Shown piece by piece: positions 29,052-38,511 of a stretch of DNA of 64,000 bases. Position 1 is the first letter of the stretch; the number at the start of each line of letters is the position of its first letter. This stretch comes from Cyclobacteriaceae bacterium (lineage in GTDB: Bacteria > Bacteroidota > Bacteroidia > Cytophagales > Cyclobacteriaceae): contig JBLHTU010000001.1 of NCBI GenBank assembly GCA_047627515.1, positions 11,883 through 75,882 on the forward strand. Direction: 5' to 3'. Below the pieces are notes generated by a model. The model saw nothing but the letters and a program-made list of their open reading frames with translations. It ran no database searches and was not told the origin of the DNA. Both the position numbers and the translations under genes were made by a program.

Positions 29052-29660
29052 ATGCTTACAATCGATCATTTAGTAGTTGCCGCGCCCTCTATTGAAGAGG
29101 GAATCAATTGGAGCGAACAAGTACTAGGGCATACCCCCGAATCAGGTGGTGTACATGCAGGATATGGAACGCACAATGTCTTAATTGGTCTCGGAAACGA
29201 TACTTATCTGGAGATTGTCTCCCCCGACCCTCATCAATCAAACATTCCCCCTTATTGGATTCCCGCCAATAAAGTTTCCGAACCCTCATTAATAGGTTGG
29301 GCTATTTGTCGACCTAATCTTAAGAAACTATCGGTAAAGCATGCAGACTGTTTAGGCGATTTTGCGGAGATGCAAAGACTAAAAACCGACGGCTCATTGA
29401 TGAAATGGGAGATGACATATCCTCGTTTCACTGTCCTTGATGGGCTTTTCCCTTTTTTTATTGATTGGAAAGATGCTTTGCATCCAGGTAAACAACTTAA
29501 TAGCATAGGAACTATCAATTCGGTGACCCTACAACATCCTAAAGCTCAAAAAGCTAACCTCCTATTCGATAGTCTCGATATGAAAATATCAGTTGAAAAA
29601 GCTGAAACCTTCTCAATTCATGCGGCCTTAGAGATTGGGGGGCAAACAATTACCATTTAA
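29052..29660 (+). CDS. VOC/glyoxalase-like domain protein
   Basis: 202 aa with 'IDHLVVAAPSIEEGI' and 'GTHNVLIGLGNDTYLEIVSPDP'. Confidence 0.7.
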   Translation: MLTIDHLVVAAPSIEEGINWSEQVLGHTPESGGVHAGYGTHNVLIGLGNDTYLEIVSPDPHQSNIPPYWIPANKVSEPSLIGWAICRPNLKKLSVKHADCLGDFAEMQRLKTDGSLMKWEMTYPRFTVLDGLFPFFIDWKDALHPGKQLNSIGTINSVTLQHPKAQKANLLFDSLDMKISVEKAETFSIHAALEIGGQTITI

Positions 29661-29732
29661 ACTTCCATTGAAGAATAGAATCACCTATTTCAAAGTGTGC
29701 AGATCCCCTAAATGACAGTATTCGATTAAAAA

Positions 29733-31142
29733 TTACAAGCGGATATTTTCCACTGTCTTATTTTTTCGACTTTCCTCGGCTTTGAATCCCATGATGTGAC
29801 TTTCGATAGATGCATCAATAGTTGACGTCAATAAACTAGCATCCTGCTGATCCACTGCCTTGATCCAATCCGCTACCAATCGCCAATCGCCACCACCATG
29901 ACCATCTGTCTCATTTTTCCACACCTCTTGTTGACCAGTGCGGAAATCTGTCCAGGCGAAAGAGTTCATATCTCCGACAACATCCCCCATGCTACCCATT
30001 ATTCTTGTCCTGCGGCCATGATAGCTGGTGAAGGCTTCCATACTGAAACTAGCCGTCAGACCTCCTTCGAACAAAATATTGGTCGTGTAATGATCTGGCT
30101 GATCATTGTCCATTTGATAGACACACTTTCCATAATCAGACTCCTTGAGATACTTCATTATTCGAGCCCCCTTAGCAGGCTCGTCTTCTGGTAAATCAAA
30201 ATGATGGAGATAAGTCCGGTCGCGATCATAAATACGCAAAGCGGAGTATGGACAAGTCTTTTCTACAGCGCATCCATCAGTGCACCGCATGGTACTTCCT
30301 TCGGGCGCATTCTTACTAGTAAACCAACTCAGGTCACCAAATGCCTGAATTTTATCAGATTTTTTACCTAACATCCATTTGATGATATCCAAATCATGGC
30401 AGGATTTGGCCAGAATGATAGGTGTAGTTTTTTTAGAGTTATGCCAATTACCTCTTACATAAGAGTGACTCATATGTACATGATGAATGGGTTCAAAATG
30501 TTGAATACTAACCACCTCTCCAAGTAACTCTTCAGCTATGATCTGTTGTAAGCGCTGAAAATAGGGAGCGTAGCGCAACACATGACAGACGGCCACAATC
30601 CGACCTGATGCTTCTGTCTTGGCCAGAATGTCTCGGCATTCTTGTTCTGTAGGAGCAATAGGTTTTTCCAATAGTACATCATAACCCATTTCTAAGGCCC
30701 TCATCGCTGGGCCGTAGTGCAGGTCATCAGGTGTAGTAATAATCACAGCATCCGCAAATTTAGGTTGGTCAAAAACTTGCTCCCACGAGAGGAAGCTGCT
30801 TTTCTTATCGATTGCATGTTTTTCGCAGTATCGATCATTTCTAATACCGATCGGCTCAGCTACACCTACAATGCTTAAGTGTTCAGGGTACTCATTGGCA
30901 TAACCACCATATACATTACCCCTATTCCCTGCACCTAGAGTGATTGCAGTGACAGGTTTTTTCAACTGCATCTTAGCGACATCTGGTAAGATCAATTGCT
31001 CTCCATTTTCGTTCATCGCAAAACCGGATAGTGGGATACCGGCCGTAGTTGCCATTATAGATTTCAGAATATCTCGTCTTGACCAACTTGATGACGAAGT
31101 CTCAGTGAATTTGATATTTTTCATAGATATGCATGCTTTCAA
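29733..31142 (-). CDS. TAT-exported Gfo/Idh/MocA-family NAD-dependent oxidoreductase
   Basis: 469 aa. Twin-arginine motif 'SRRDILKSIMATTAG', Rossmann-type 'ITLGAGNRGNVYG', 'EKPIAPT'. The start could be an internal ATG. Confidence 0.8.
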   Translation of the reverse strand: MKACISMKNIKFTETSSSSWSRRDILKSIMATTAGIPLSGFAMNENGEQLILPDVAKMQLKKPVTAITLGAGNRGNVYGGYANEYPEHLSIVGVAEPIGIRNDRYCEKHAIDKKSSFLSWEQVFDQPKFADAVIITTPDDLHYGPAMRALEMGYDVLLEKPIAPTEQECRDILAKTEASGRIVAVCHVLRYAPYFQRLQQIIAEELLGEVVSIQHFEPIHHVHMSHSYVRGNWHNSKKTTPIILAKSCHDLDIIKWMLGKKSDKIQAFGDLSWFTSKNAPEGSTMRCTDGCAVEKTCPYSALRIYDRDRTYLHHFDLPEDEPAKGARIMKYLKESDYGKCVYQMDNDQPDHYTTNILFEGGLTASFSMEAFTSYHGRRTRIMGSMGDVVGDMNSFAWTDFRTGQQEVWKNETDGHGGGDWRLVADWIKAVDQQDASLLTSTIDASIESHIMGFKAEESRKNKTVENIRL

Positions 31143-31192
31143 TTCAATTTACTAATTTTCAGTTGCACTATTTACATTTACTAACCTAACGC

Positions 31193-32293
31193 ATGGAGAA
31201 TAGATACAAACCATTGGACATCTTTCGTGGATTGACGATTGCATTCATGATCGTAGTTAATACACCTGGAGATTGGGGTAACACCTACAGCCTTTTGTTG
31301 CACGCGGACTGGCATGGCTTCACACCAACCGATCTAGTTTTCCCAAGTTTTCTATTCGCTGTGGGCAATGCGATAGCATTTGTAGCCAAAAAATGGGATG
31401 ACCAAAGCAACGGCGCTGTCTTATCCAAGGGACTGCAAAGAGCTTTTTTCATATTTCTGGTCGGCTATTTGTTGCATTGGGTTCCATTTTTTCGACCTGT
31501 AGATGGACAATGGGTTTTCAAGGCATTTGAAACAACACGAATCTTCGGTGTCCTTCAACGCATTGGCTTTTGCTATGCACTGGCCTTGCCCCTTATCTAT
31601 TTTTTAACCATTCGACAATTACTCTGGAGCGGAGCAGGTTTGCTACTGGCCTATTGGGCGCTCATGACAGGATTTGGAGACTTAACCTTAACTGGAAATG
31701 CCGCATTAAAACTTGACTTATGGACACTTGGCGCAAATCATTTATACACAGGTGAAGGGATACCTTTCGACCCAGAAGGGCTCTTAAGTTCTCTTCCCGC
31801 TGTTGTCAATATCATCGGAGGCTTCCTTGTAGGCCATTACATTAGAGTACAGAAAGTAGGCTTTGAACAATTGAGCAAGCTGCTATTGGTTGGCCTTTTG
31901 CTTATGGCCCTCAGTTACCTGTGGCATCCGCTATTTCCAGTGAATAAAAAGATCTGGTCGAGTTCATTTGTTCTATTGACTATCGGGCTAGACTGCTTAA
32001 TACTTGGCGCACTGATCTACTTGATGGAACTTACCCCAAGAAAATTACACTTCAATATATTTAGGACCTTTGGTGTAAATCCTTTGTTTATCTATGTGCT
32101 AGCGGGTCTTCTCACCAAAGCAATGCTACTCATTCGAATAGATGGAGTAAGAATGTACAGCTGGGTTTATCAAAATCTATACGGCTGGATTGGTGGTAAG
32201 CTCGGCTCTTTTGCTTTTGCGTTGAGCGTTACGACTATCTGCTATTTTGCTGCTAGATGGCTGGAAAAACGGAATATTTACATAAAAATATAG
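31193..32293 (+). CDS. HGSNAT-like (DUF5009/DUF1624) multi-pass membrane acyltransferase
   Basis: 366 aa, about 10 hydrophobic segments. N-terminal 'YKPLDIFRGLTIAFMIVVNTPGDW' and 'HADWHGFTPTDLVFPSFLF'. Confidence 0.7.
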   Translation: MENRYKPLDIFRGLTIAFMIVVNTPGDWGNTYSLLLHADWHGFTPTDLVFPSFLFAVGNAIAFVAKKWDDQSNGAVLSKGLQRAFFIFLVGYLLHWVPFFRPVDGQWVFKAFETTRIFGVLQRIGFCYALALPLIYFLTIRQLLWSGAGLLLAYWALMTGFGDLTLTGNAALKLDLWTLGANHLYTGEGIPFDPEGLLSSLPAVVNIIGGFLVGHYIRVQKVGFEQLSKLLLVGLLLMALSYLWHPLFPVNKKIWSSSFVLLTIGLDCLILGALIYLMELTPRKLHFNIFRTFGVNPLFIYVLAGLLTKAMLLIRIDGVRMYSWVYQNLYGWIGGKLGSFAFALSVTTICYFAARWLEKRNIYIKI

Positions 32294-32299
32294 GTACTG

Positions 32300-33000
32300 A
32301 TGAAATCAAATTATCGTTGGCCATAACTCGTACTTACCCTCGGTTTAGATCTTTCCGGTTTCTTTATCAGAGATGGTATTCTGCAATCAAGAACATTAGA
32401 TCGCTATGTGACGGTTAAAGGGCTTGCAGAAAAAGAAGTCAAAGCTGATAATGCGATCTGGCCTTTTACCTTCACTATCACCAGCAATGAACTGAAGGAT
32501 CTCAAAAATCCATTAGACAAACAGCCTGAGCAGATGGTTAAGTTTTTTTTCGACCATAGCATCAAGAATAAGGAGCTTAATCTACGTGTGCCTTCTCTCA
32601 TCGACACTAAAGCAAACCTCTACAACGGTAACAACTACAATCCATTTCGATACATTGGAGAAGGAACGATTGCACTACAGACCAGTATAATGCAATCAAT
32701 AAAGCCATCCTTGACATCACTGATCTACTGAGCGAAGGCATAGTGATCGAACAGGATGATTACCGAAGTCGTCTAGAGTACCAATTCTCAAAATTGAATG
32801 AAATAAAACCAGATATGAGCCGTCAAGCAACAAAAGAAGCTAGAGAAGCTGCTCAGCAGTTTGCAGAAGATTCTGGTTCATAAGTAGGTGGTATAAGAAA
32901 GGCCACACAAGGCTACTATTTAATCAATGACATAGACACGAATACGTTTTATGTCAAAAAGGTAAGAGAAGTCACTTCCATCGAGTACTATTTAAATTGA
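32300..33000 (+). pseudogene. SIMPL (DUF541) domain protein, disrupted by two in-frame TAA codons and one frameshift
   Basis: Conceptual read: 'MKSNYRWP*LVLTLGLDLSGFFIRDGILQSRTLDRYVTVKGLAEKEVKADNAIWPF...TIALQT', frame change near 32680, then 'DQYNAINKAILDI...LNEIKPDMSRQATKEAREAAQQFAEDSGS*VGGIRKATQGYY...'. The stops are at 32324-32326 and 32881-32883. Confidence 0.75.
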
Positions 33001-33002
33001 TC

Positions 33003-34040
33003 TCAGACTTCTGCGCCTGCTTTCTTTAACAAAGCGATAGTGGCGTTTATTCCGTCCTTCTCATTTAGTCGATCACCTTCGTATTCAATACCTATCGTGC
33101 CTGTAAAGCCACTAGCTTTGACCAATTTCAGCATTTGGACATAGTCGATAGTGGTTTCATTTCCTCGCTTATCAAAATCGTACGTCTTTGCAGAAACCCC
33201 TTTAGCAAAAGGAAGCAACTCAGATACACCTTGATATTTATCATACGACGTTAAGCAATCATCTCCAGACTTCTCTAAGCAAAAATTACCAAAATCAGGA
33301 AGCGTACCGCAATAAGGGCTATTTACTTGTGAAATCACATCGGCTAGCCACTTCCCATCGGAAGAGTAGCCACCGTGATTTTCGACAATGATATTTATAC
33401 CGTTTTTAGCTCCATATTCTGTCAGCTGTCCCAATCCATCCACAGCAGCATCTCTAACTTCATCAGCACTACCAGACCCTGCAGCGTTGACCCGGATCGA
33501 ATGACAGCCCAATATATTGGCAGCGTCTACCCACTTATAGTGGTTCCGGACAGAAGTGTTTCTGCTTTCAGTATTTGTATCGCCCAGGTTACCCTCAGCG
33601 TCGCACATGATCAGCTTACTTGCTATACCTTCTCCATCACACTTAGATTTCATATCGTTCCAGAATGCTGTGTCTTCGCCTTTGGAAAAATAGAATGTAT
33701 TAACATATTCAATCGCACTCAAACCAAAATCTGCCCTTGCAATCCGTGGAAAATCTACTGGATTAAGCTCACCGCTCAGCAACGCGTCTGGATTCTCTTT
33801 TAGTAATCGACCAAATTCGGCCCAGCCTAACTTCCTGATATCTCCAAAGAATGACCGGTGCAACGACCATTGCGCCAATGAAATACTAAAAAACAAGGGT
33901 ATAGTTGCTTCTTCTGATTGGCCTTCCTTTGTTGCTGCCCCTTGGCAACTAGACAAAAAAGCAGGCATTATAGTCCCCGCTGAAAGAAATACACTCCCCT
34001 TTGCCATGAGTGCTAGCGATTCACGTCTTGATTTTATCAT
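33003..34040 (-). CDS. TAT-exported sugar phosphate isomerase/epimerase (xylose-isomerase-like TIM barrel) lipoprotein
   Basis: 345 aa. 'KSRRESLALMAKG' twin-Arg motif plus 'LSSCQG' lipobox, 'IIVENHGGYS', 'IGIEYEG'. Confidence 0.75.
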   Translation of the reverse strand: MIKSRRESLALMAKGSVFLSAGTIMPAFLSSCQGAATKEGQSEEATIPLFFSISLAQWSLHRSFFGDIRKLGWAEFGRLLKENPDALLSGELNPVDFPRIARADFGLSAIEYVNTFYFSKGEDTAFWNDMKSKCDGEGIASKLIMCDAEGNLGDTNTESRNTSVRNHYKWVDAANILGCHSIRVNAAGSGSADEVRDAAVDGLGQLTEYGAKNGINIIVENHGGYSSDGKWLADVISQVNSPYCGTLPDFGNFCLEKSGDDCLTSYDKYQGVSELLPFAKGVSAKTYDFDKRGNETTIDYVQMLKLVKASGFTGTIGIEYEGDRLNEKDGINATIALLKKAGAEV

Positions 34041-34284
34041 ATTTCAATTTAAAAATTTGCCGTGTTGAAACAAAAAAAAAGTCACTTAGTATGTATGTAT
34101 TTATCAGGATCAGCAATTCCGAGTGCTGCTAGCAATATCGCAAGAGATGACATTACTCGTAATTACCAGTCGCAAATAAATCAAAAGCTGACAAACCAAA
34201 ATTATTATCACAATCACAAAGTTTTGTCTGTGGTTTTTCTGTGTTCTGGCTAATTGAAAAGCAGGATCTTCTTACCTTTTCACG

Positions 34285-36489
34285 ATGCAAGACGGAATCA
34301 TCCTGGACGACATTGCTCAGCTAGCACTCAAGTACATTACACATACCTCTAGACATGTCTTTCTAACGGGGAAAGCAGGGACCGGAAAAACGACGCTTCT
34401 TCGTAATTTCCTATCTAAGACACATAAGCGAACTGTGGTAGCTGCACCAACTGGCATTGCTGCAATCAATGCCGGAGGCGTTACGCTGCATTCCCTATTC
34501 CAACTGCCTTTTGGTGCATTTGTTCCCAGCGATTTCGCTTTGACATTGGATGAGATGTCGCAAAAAGTACATACCCCTACTTCACTTATAAGAGATCAAC
34601 GACTCAATGCAAAAAAGCGAGCATTACTGAGGCAAATAGAACTTCTCATCATAGATGAGGTCAGTATGCTACGGGCTGATTTATTAGATGCCATTGACTT
34701 AATCATGCGCAAAGTCCGTCGTCAACCAAACAGAGCTTTTGGTGGCATTCAGATATTATTCATCGGTGACCTTTTCCAATTACCACCAGTTGTTCAGCGG
34801 GAAGAGATGAAGATGATGTCAGATTATTACAATAGCATGTATTTTTTTGACTCCCTCGCTCTCAAGGACAATCAACCTGTCTATATCGAACTGGAAACAG
34901 TTCATCGGCAAAGCGATCAACGATTTGTGTCTTTACTCAATCGAATTAGATCACAACAGATGATTGAAGAAGATAACTACCTCTTGCAAGAGCATTTTGC
35001 CCACGAAGGTTACATGCCTGATGAAGATGGGGCAATTTTTCTAACCACGCACAACCAAAAGGCTGCCGCCATTAATCAGGAAAAATTGAGTCAAGTTCCT
35101 TCAGAAGAACGAGCCTTTAAGGCAAAAATAGAAGGGAAATTCGAACCACACCTCTTCCCAAATGATGAGCAGTTAGTACTTAAAGAAGGAGCTCAGGTCA
35201 TGTTCATAAAGAATGACCCTACTGGCCAGCAGCGATTCTTTAACGGAAAAATAGGACAGATCGAAGCCATGAGTGATCATAAATTGATTATCAATTGCGA
35301 TGGAGTTTCCATTGAGCTTGAGAAATTCACCTGGGAGAATAAGCGATATAAAGTAGACCCCTCAAGTAGAGAAATCAATGAAGATCTAGTAGGTGAGTTT
35401 TCTCAATTTCCTGTTAGACTTGCTTGGGCCGTGACGGTCCACAAGAGTCAGGGCCTTACATTTGAGAGAGCTATCCTTGATTTAGAAAAAGCCTTTGCAC
35501 CAGGACAGTTTTACGTAGCAATGTCTCGTTTGACATCTCTTGATGGTTTGACCTTCTCCTCGCCCATACCGCGTCAGTCCTTTGAGATAGATCCAAGATT
35601 GACTGAATTTACAGATCAGTCGCGAGATATAAGCAAACTGGAAGACATGCTGCTAAAAGACACAAAGGACTATTTCGTGGACCTTTCCACACAAGCTTTT
35701 GATTTTACAGAAACTGCTGACGCATTGTTTTTCCAATCTAAAGAACTGCAAAGACTTCAAGCACTAGGAAGAGAGGATGCATTGTGGAATATGATTGCAG
35801 GCTGGATCGAAATTATCAATAAGTGGAAAAAAATCGGCCATACTTTCGGCCGAGAGATATTTCAAATTGGAGCGACCAACTCTGATGAATATTTACACAT
35901 ACTGAACAATAGAATTGCAAAAGGAGTGGACTACTTCTACCCCACGCTACTTGATATGGTAAATGATTGCAGGAAAAAGGGCCACGAGAAACCTTACAAA
36001 GGCGTAGCAGAATTCCAGACCGTCTGGAAAGAACTGTATGAAAGTCTAGGTATAAAAGGCAGTAACCTTATCAGAGCTCAACACCTCATTCTTAAAGCGT
36101 CTAAGGATGAAGTTCTGGACACCGAAGAACTAGAAAACGTATCCGCTTACCAGTCCATGATCGTTCCGTATAAAACAAAAGCTACTTCAGACACCAAAAA
36201 CGTAACCTTCTCTCTTTACCAAGAGGGTATGAAAATTGACGAAATAGCAGCAGGTAGAGAGCTCTCTGAGGGTACTATATCTAACCACCTTTCCTTCTTT
36301 GTAAGTACAGGTGAGATTCCAGTAAAAGAATTCTTATCAAAAGCCAAATTGAAGAATATTCTTACGGTAAGCGATACTATTGACTCAATCCAGCTAACAC
36401 CCATAAAGGCTAAACTCGGTGATGAATATACCTATGATGATATTCGCTTTGCTATGGCACATAAAAAGTTCCTAACGACCCAGAACTAA
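34285..36489 (+). CDS. Pif1/RecD-like SF1 helicase with C-terminal helix-turn-helix extension
   Basis: 734 aa. Walker A 'LTGKAGTGKTT', Walker B 'LIIDEVSM', 'GDLFQLPPV', 'AWAVTVHKSQGLTF', 'YVAMSR'. About 270 aa extra at the C-terminus, ending with an HTH-like 'IDEIAAGRELSEGTISNHL'. Confidence 0.8.
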   Translation: MQDGIILDDIAQLALKYITHTSRHVFLTGKAGTGKTTLLRNFLSKTHKRTVVAAPTGIAAINAGGVTLHSLFQLPFGAFVPSDFALTLDEMSQKVHTPTSLIRDQRLNAKKRALLRQIELLIIDEVSMLRADLLDAIDLIMRKVRRQPNRAFGGIQILFIGDLFQLPPVVQREEMKMMSDYYNSMYFFDSLALKDNQPVYIELETVHRQSDQRFVSLLNRIRSQQMIEEDNYLLQEHFAHEGYMPDEDGAIFLTTHNQKAAAINQEKLSQVPSEERAFKAKIEGKFEPHLFPNDEQLVLKEGAQVMFIKNDPTGQQRFFNGKIGQIEAMSDHKLIINCDGVSIELEKFTWENKRYKVDPSSREINEDLVGEFSQFPVRLAWAVTVHKSQGLTFERAILDLEKAFAPGQFYVAMSRLTSLDGLTFSSPIPRQSFEIDPRLTEFTDQSRDISKLEDMLLKDTKDYFVDLSTQAFDFTETADALFFQSKELQRLQALGREDALWNMIAGWIEIINKWKKIGHTFGREIFQIGATNSDEYLHILNNRIAKGVDYFYPTLLDMVNDCRKKGHEKPYKGVAEFQTVWKELYESLGIKGSNLIRAQHLILKASKDEVLDTEELENVSAYQSMIVPYKTKATSDTKNVTFSLYQEGMKIDEIAAGRELSEGTISNHLSFFVSTGEIPVKEFLSKAKLKNILTVSDTIDSIQLTPIKAKLGDEYTYDDIRFAMAHKKFLTTQN

Positions 36490-36533
36490 TGATATAGCTT
36501 TGTGTTCTGTTTACGAAATTTTAAACATACCTC

Positions 36534-37664
36534 ATGAAAATACTTAAAATCGCAACCATAGGGCTACTAGGGCTTGTGGCTGTTGTTGCTCTATTAGTCT
36601 TTCTCATCACGTCTATTCACCCTGCTTTTGGGACTAAACCTGGTCAGGCATTATACGAGCAATTTGAAGCGACCGGCCATTTTCGTGATGGCATATTTTT
36701 CAATCAGATGCAGACAGATCTGGATATGAATCGCAAGACAATCGTATCCGTACTCAAAGACTACGTTACCGGCATACCCAATCAACAGCCAGAAGAACCG
36801 CTGCCTGTTCTCAAGACCCAATTGGAAGATGTACTAGACGTACCGGACTCAGTTACACGCGTGGTGTGGTTTGGGCACTCCGCATTCCTTGTTCAAATTG
36901 GCGGAAAAAATATTCTTCTAGACCCGATGTTTGGTGACACACCTGCCCCACTGAGTTTTCTCGGAGGTAAGCGTTTCAGTGACGGTTTGCCCATTGAAAT
37001 AGAGGAGCTCCCGCAAATAGACTTACTGATACTATCTCACGACCATTATGATCATCTTGATTACCCTAGTATTCTAAAACTCAAGTCAAAAATCAAGCAA
37101 TACTATGTTCCGCTCGGCGTCGGTGGTCACTTCCTGAGATGGGGTGTACCCGAAGAAGATGTGATTGAGATGGATTGGTGGCAAACGATAGTAATCGACG
37201 ATCTTCAATTGACTTGTACCCCATCACGCCATTTCTCCGGTAGATCTCTTACTGATCGTAACAGTACACTTTGGTCAAGCTGGGTGATTAAGTCAAGTTT
37301 TAAGTCAATTTATTTTAGCGGAGATGGTGGCTATGGACCTCATTTCAAAGAAATTGGAGATCGACTAGGACCATTTGACTTTGCAATGATGGAATGTGGG
37401 CAGTATGATGAACGATGGGGGCAAATCCATATGATGCCGGAAGAGACTGCAGTGGCTGCAAAAGAACTGGGAGCAGAGACATTTATGCCAATTCATTGGG
37501 GATCATTTGTATTGGCACTGCACAGTTGGAATGACCCCGTATTGCGTGTGTCTGCCAAAGCATTGGAAATCGACCAACCAATCTTAGTGCCCCGAATCGG
37601 AGAACTGATCGACTTGTATCAAATAGATGATATTTCATCAGACTGGTGGCAAGACTTACTGTAA
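36534..37664 (+). CDS. membrane-anchored MBL-fold hydrolase (NAPE-PLD-like)
   Basis: 376 aa. N-terminal TM segment, 'WFGHSAFLVQIGGKNILLDPMF', 'LSHDHYDHLD'. Confidence 0.75.
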   Translation: MKILKIATIGLLGLVAVVALLVFLITSIHPAFGTKPGQALYEQFEATGHFRDGIFFNQMQTDLDMNRKTIVSVLKDYVTGIPNQQPEEPLPVLKTQLEDVLDVPDSVTRVVWFGHSAFLVQIGGKNILLDPMFGDTPAPLSFLGGKRFSDGLPIEIEELPQIDLLILSHDHYDHLDYPSILKLKSKIKQYYVPLGVGGHFLRWGVPEEDVIEMDWWQTIVIDDLQLTCTPSRHFSGRSLTDRNSTLWSSWVIKSSFKSIYFSGDGGYGPHFKEIGDRLGPFDFAMMECGQYDERWGQIHMMPEETAVAAKELGAETFMPIHWGSFVLALHSWNDPVLRVSAKALEIDQPILVPRIGELIDLYQIDDISSDWWQDLL

Positions 37665-37761
37665 ACACTGACAATAAAATGTCAGCTAGATTACCAATAG
37701 TTGATCCATTTATATCACTTTGAACTTTTCACGCAACCATGGAATTGAATAAAATAAAAAG

Positions 37762-38043
37762 ATGAAAGCAATTTGGAACAATCAGTTAGTAGCGGAAAGT
37801 GATGATACAGTCGTCGTGGAAGGCAACCATTATTTCCCTTCTCAATCAATCAAGAAGGACTTTTTTAAAGAGAGCAGCACGCATAGTACGTGTCCATGGA
37901 AAGGTGTAGCAAATTACTATACGCTGGATGTAGATGGACAAAGTAATCAAGACGCTGCTTGGTATTATCCTGAAACGAGTGAGTTGGCGAAGCATATTAA
38001 GGGACATATTGCCTTCTGGAAAGGTGTCAAAATAGAAAAATAA
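37762..38043 (+). CDS. DUF427 domain protein
   Basis: 93 aa with 'VVVEGNHYFP', 'CPWKGVANYY', 'AAWYYPE'. Confidence 0.75.
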   Translation: MKAIWNNQLVAESDDTVVVEGNHYFPSQSIKKDFFKESSTHSTCPWKGVANYYTLDVDGQSNQDAAWYYPETSELAKHIKGHIAFWKGVKIEK

Positions 38044-38075
38044 AAAAAGCCATCGTTAATACGATGGCTTTTTTT
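38042..38075. terminator. bidirectional rho-independent terminator
   Basis: 'aaaaaaaGCCATCGttaataCGATGGCttttttt' between convergent genes. Confidence 0.8.
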
Positions 38076-38092
38076 ATTCTTTAAGGTTTGCG

Positions 38093-38413
38093 TCAGAAAG
38101 CTTCTGATACTTCTCCTTGCTTAGTTATAGGGTAGTTAGAAGCTTTCAGTAAAAAAACTGCTGTACTCACCATGTATCCAAATATTGAAATACTAGCATT
38201 TGCGAAATGAAATGGGATTATCGGATTCATTAAGATCGCCACCAAGGCGATAGGAATGAGCCACCTTCTTTCTTCCGTATCCATTTCATCAATGATGATA
38301 TACATGGATGACACGAAAATCACAAGCTTAATGGTTTCAAGATATAATTGCTGTGTGTCTGCAAGTGCTATTAACAATAGCGCAGCGCAGATTAGTTGAA
38401 TTTTTTTCATCAA
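38093..38413 (-). CDS. hypothetical small membrane protein
   Basis: 106 aa with 3-4 hydrophobic segments. No motif recognised. Confidence 0.45.
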   Translation of the reverse strand: MMKKIQLICAALLLIALADTQQLYLETIKLVIFVSSMYIIIDEMDTEERRWLIPIALVAILMNPIIPFHFANASISIFGYMVSTAVFLLKASNYPITKQGEVSEAF

Positions 38414-38511
38414 TGTAGTCTTACAGATGGTTGACTGTAAGGTTACAACGTTAATCTGTCAAAGAAAATACCCTGTTTTGGGTATTTTTCCTCTAAAAAA
38501 TTAGACTTTTC

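Noticed and set aside
34062-34253. 63-aa ORF in the intergenic region upstream of the helicase
   Set aside because: Low-complexity composition, no recognisable motif, and no ribosome-binding or promoter context. Most likely a chance ORF in a promoter region.
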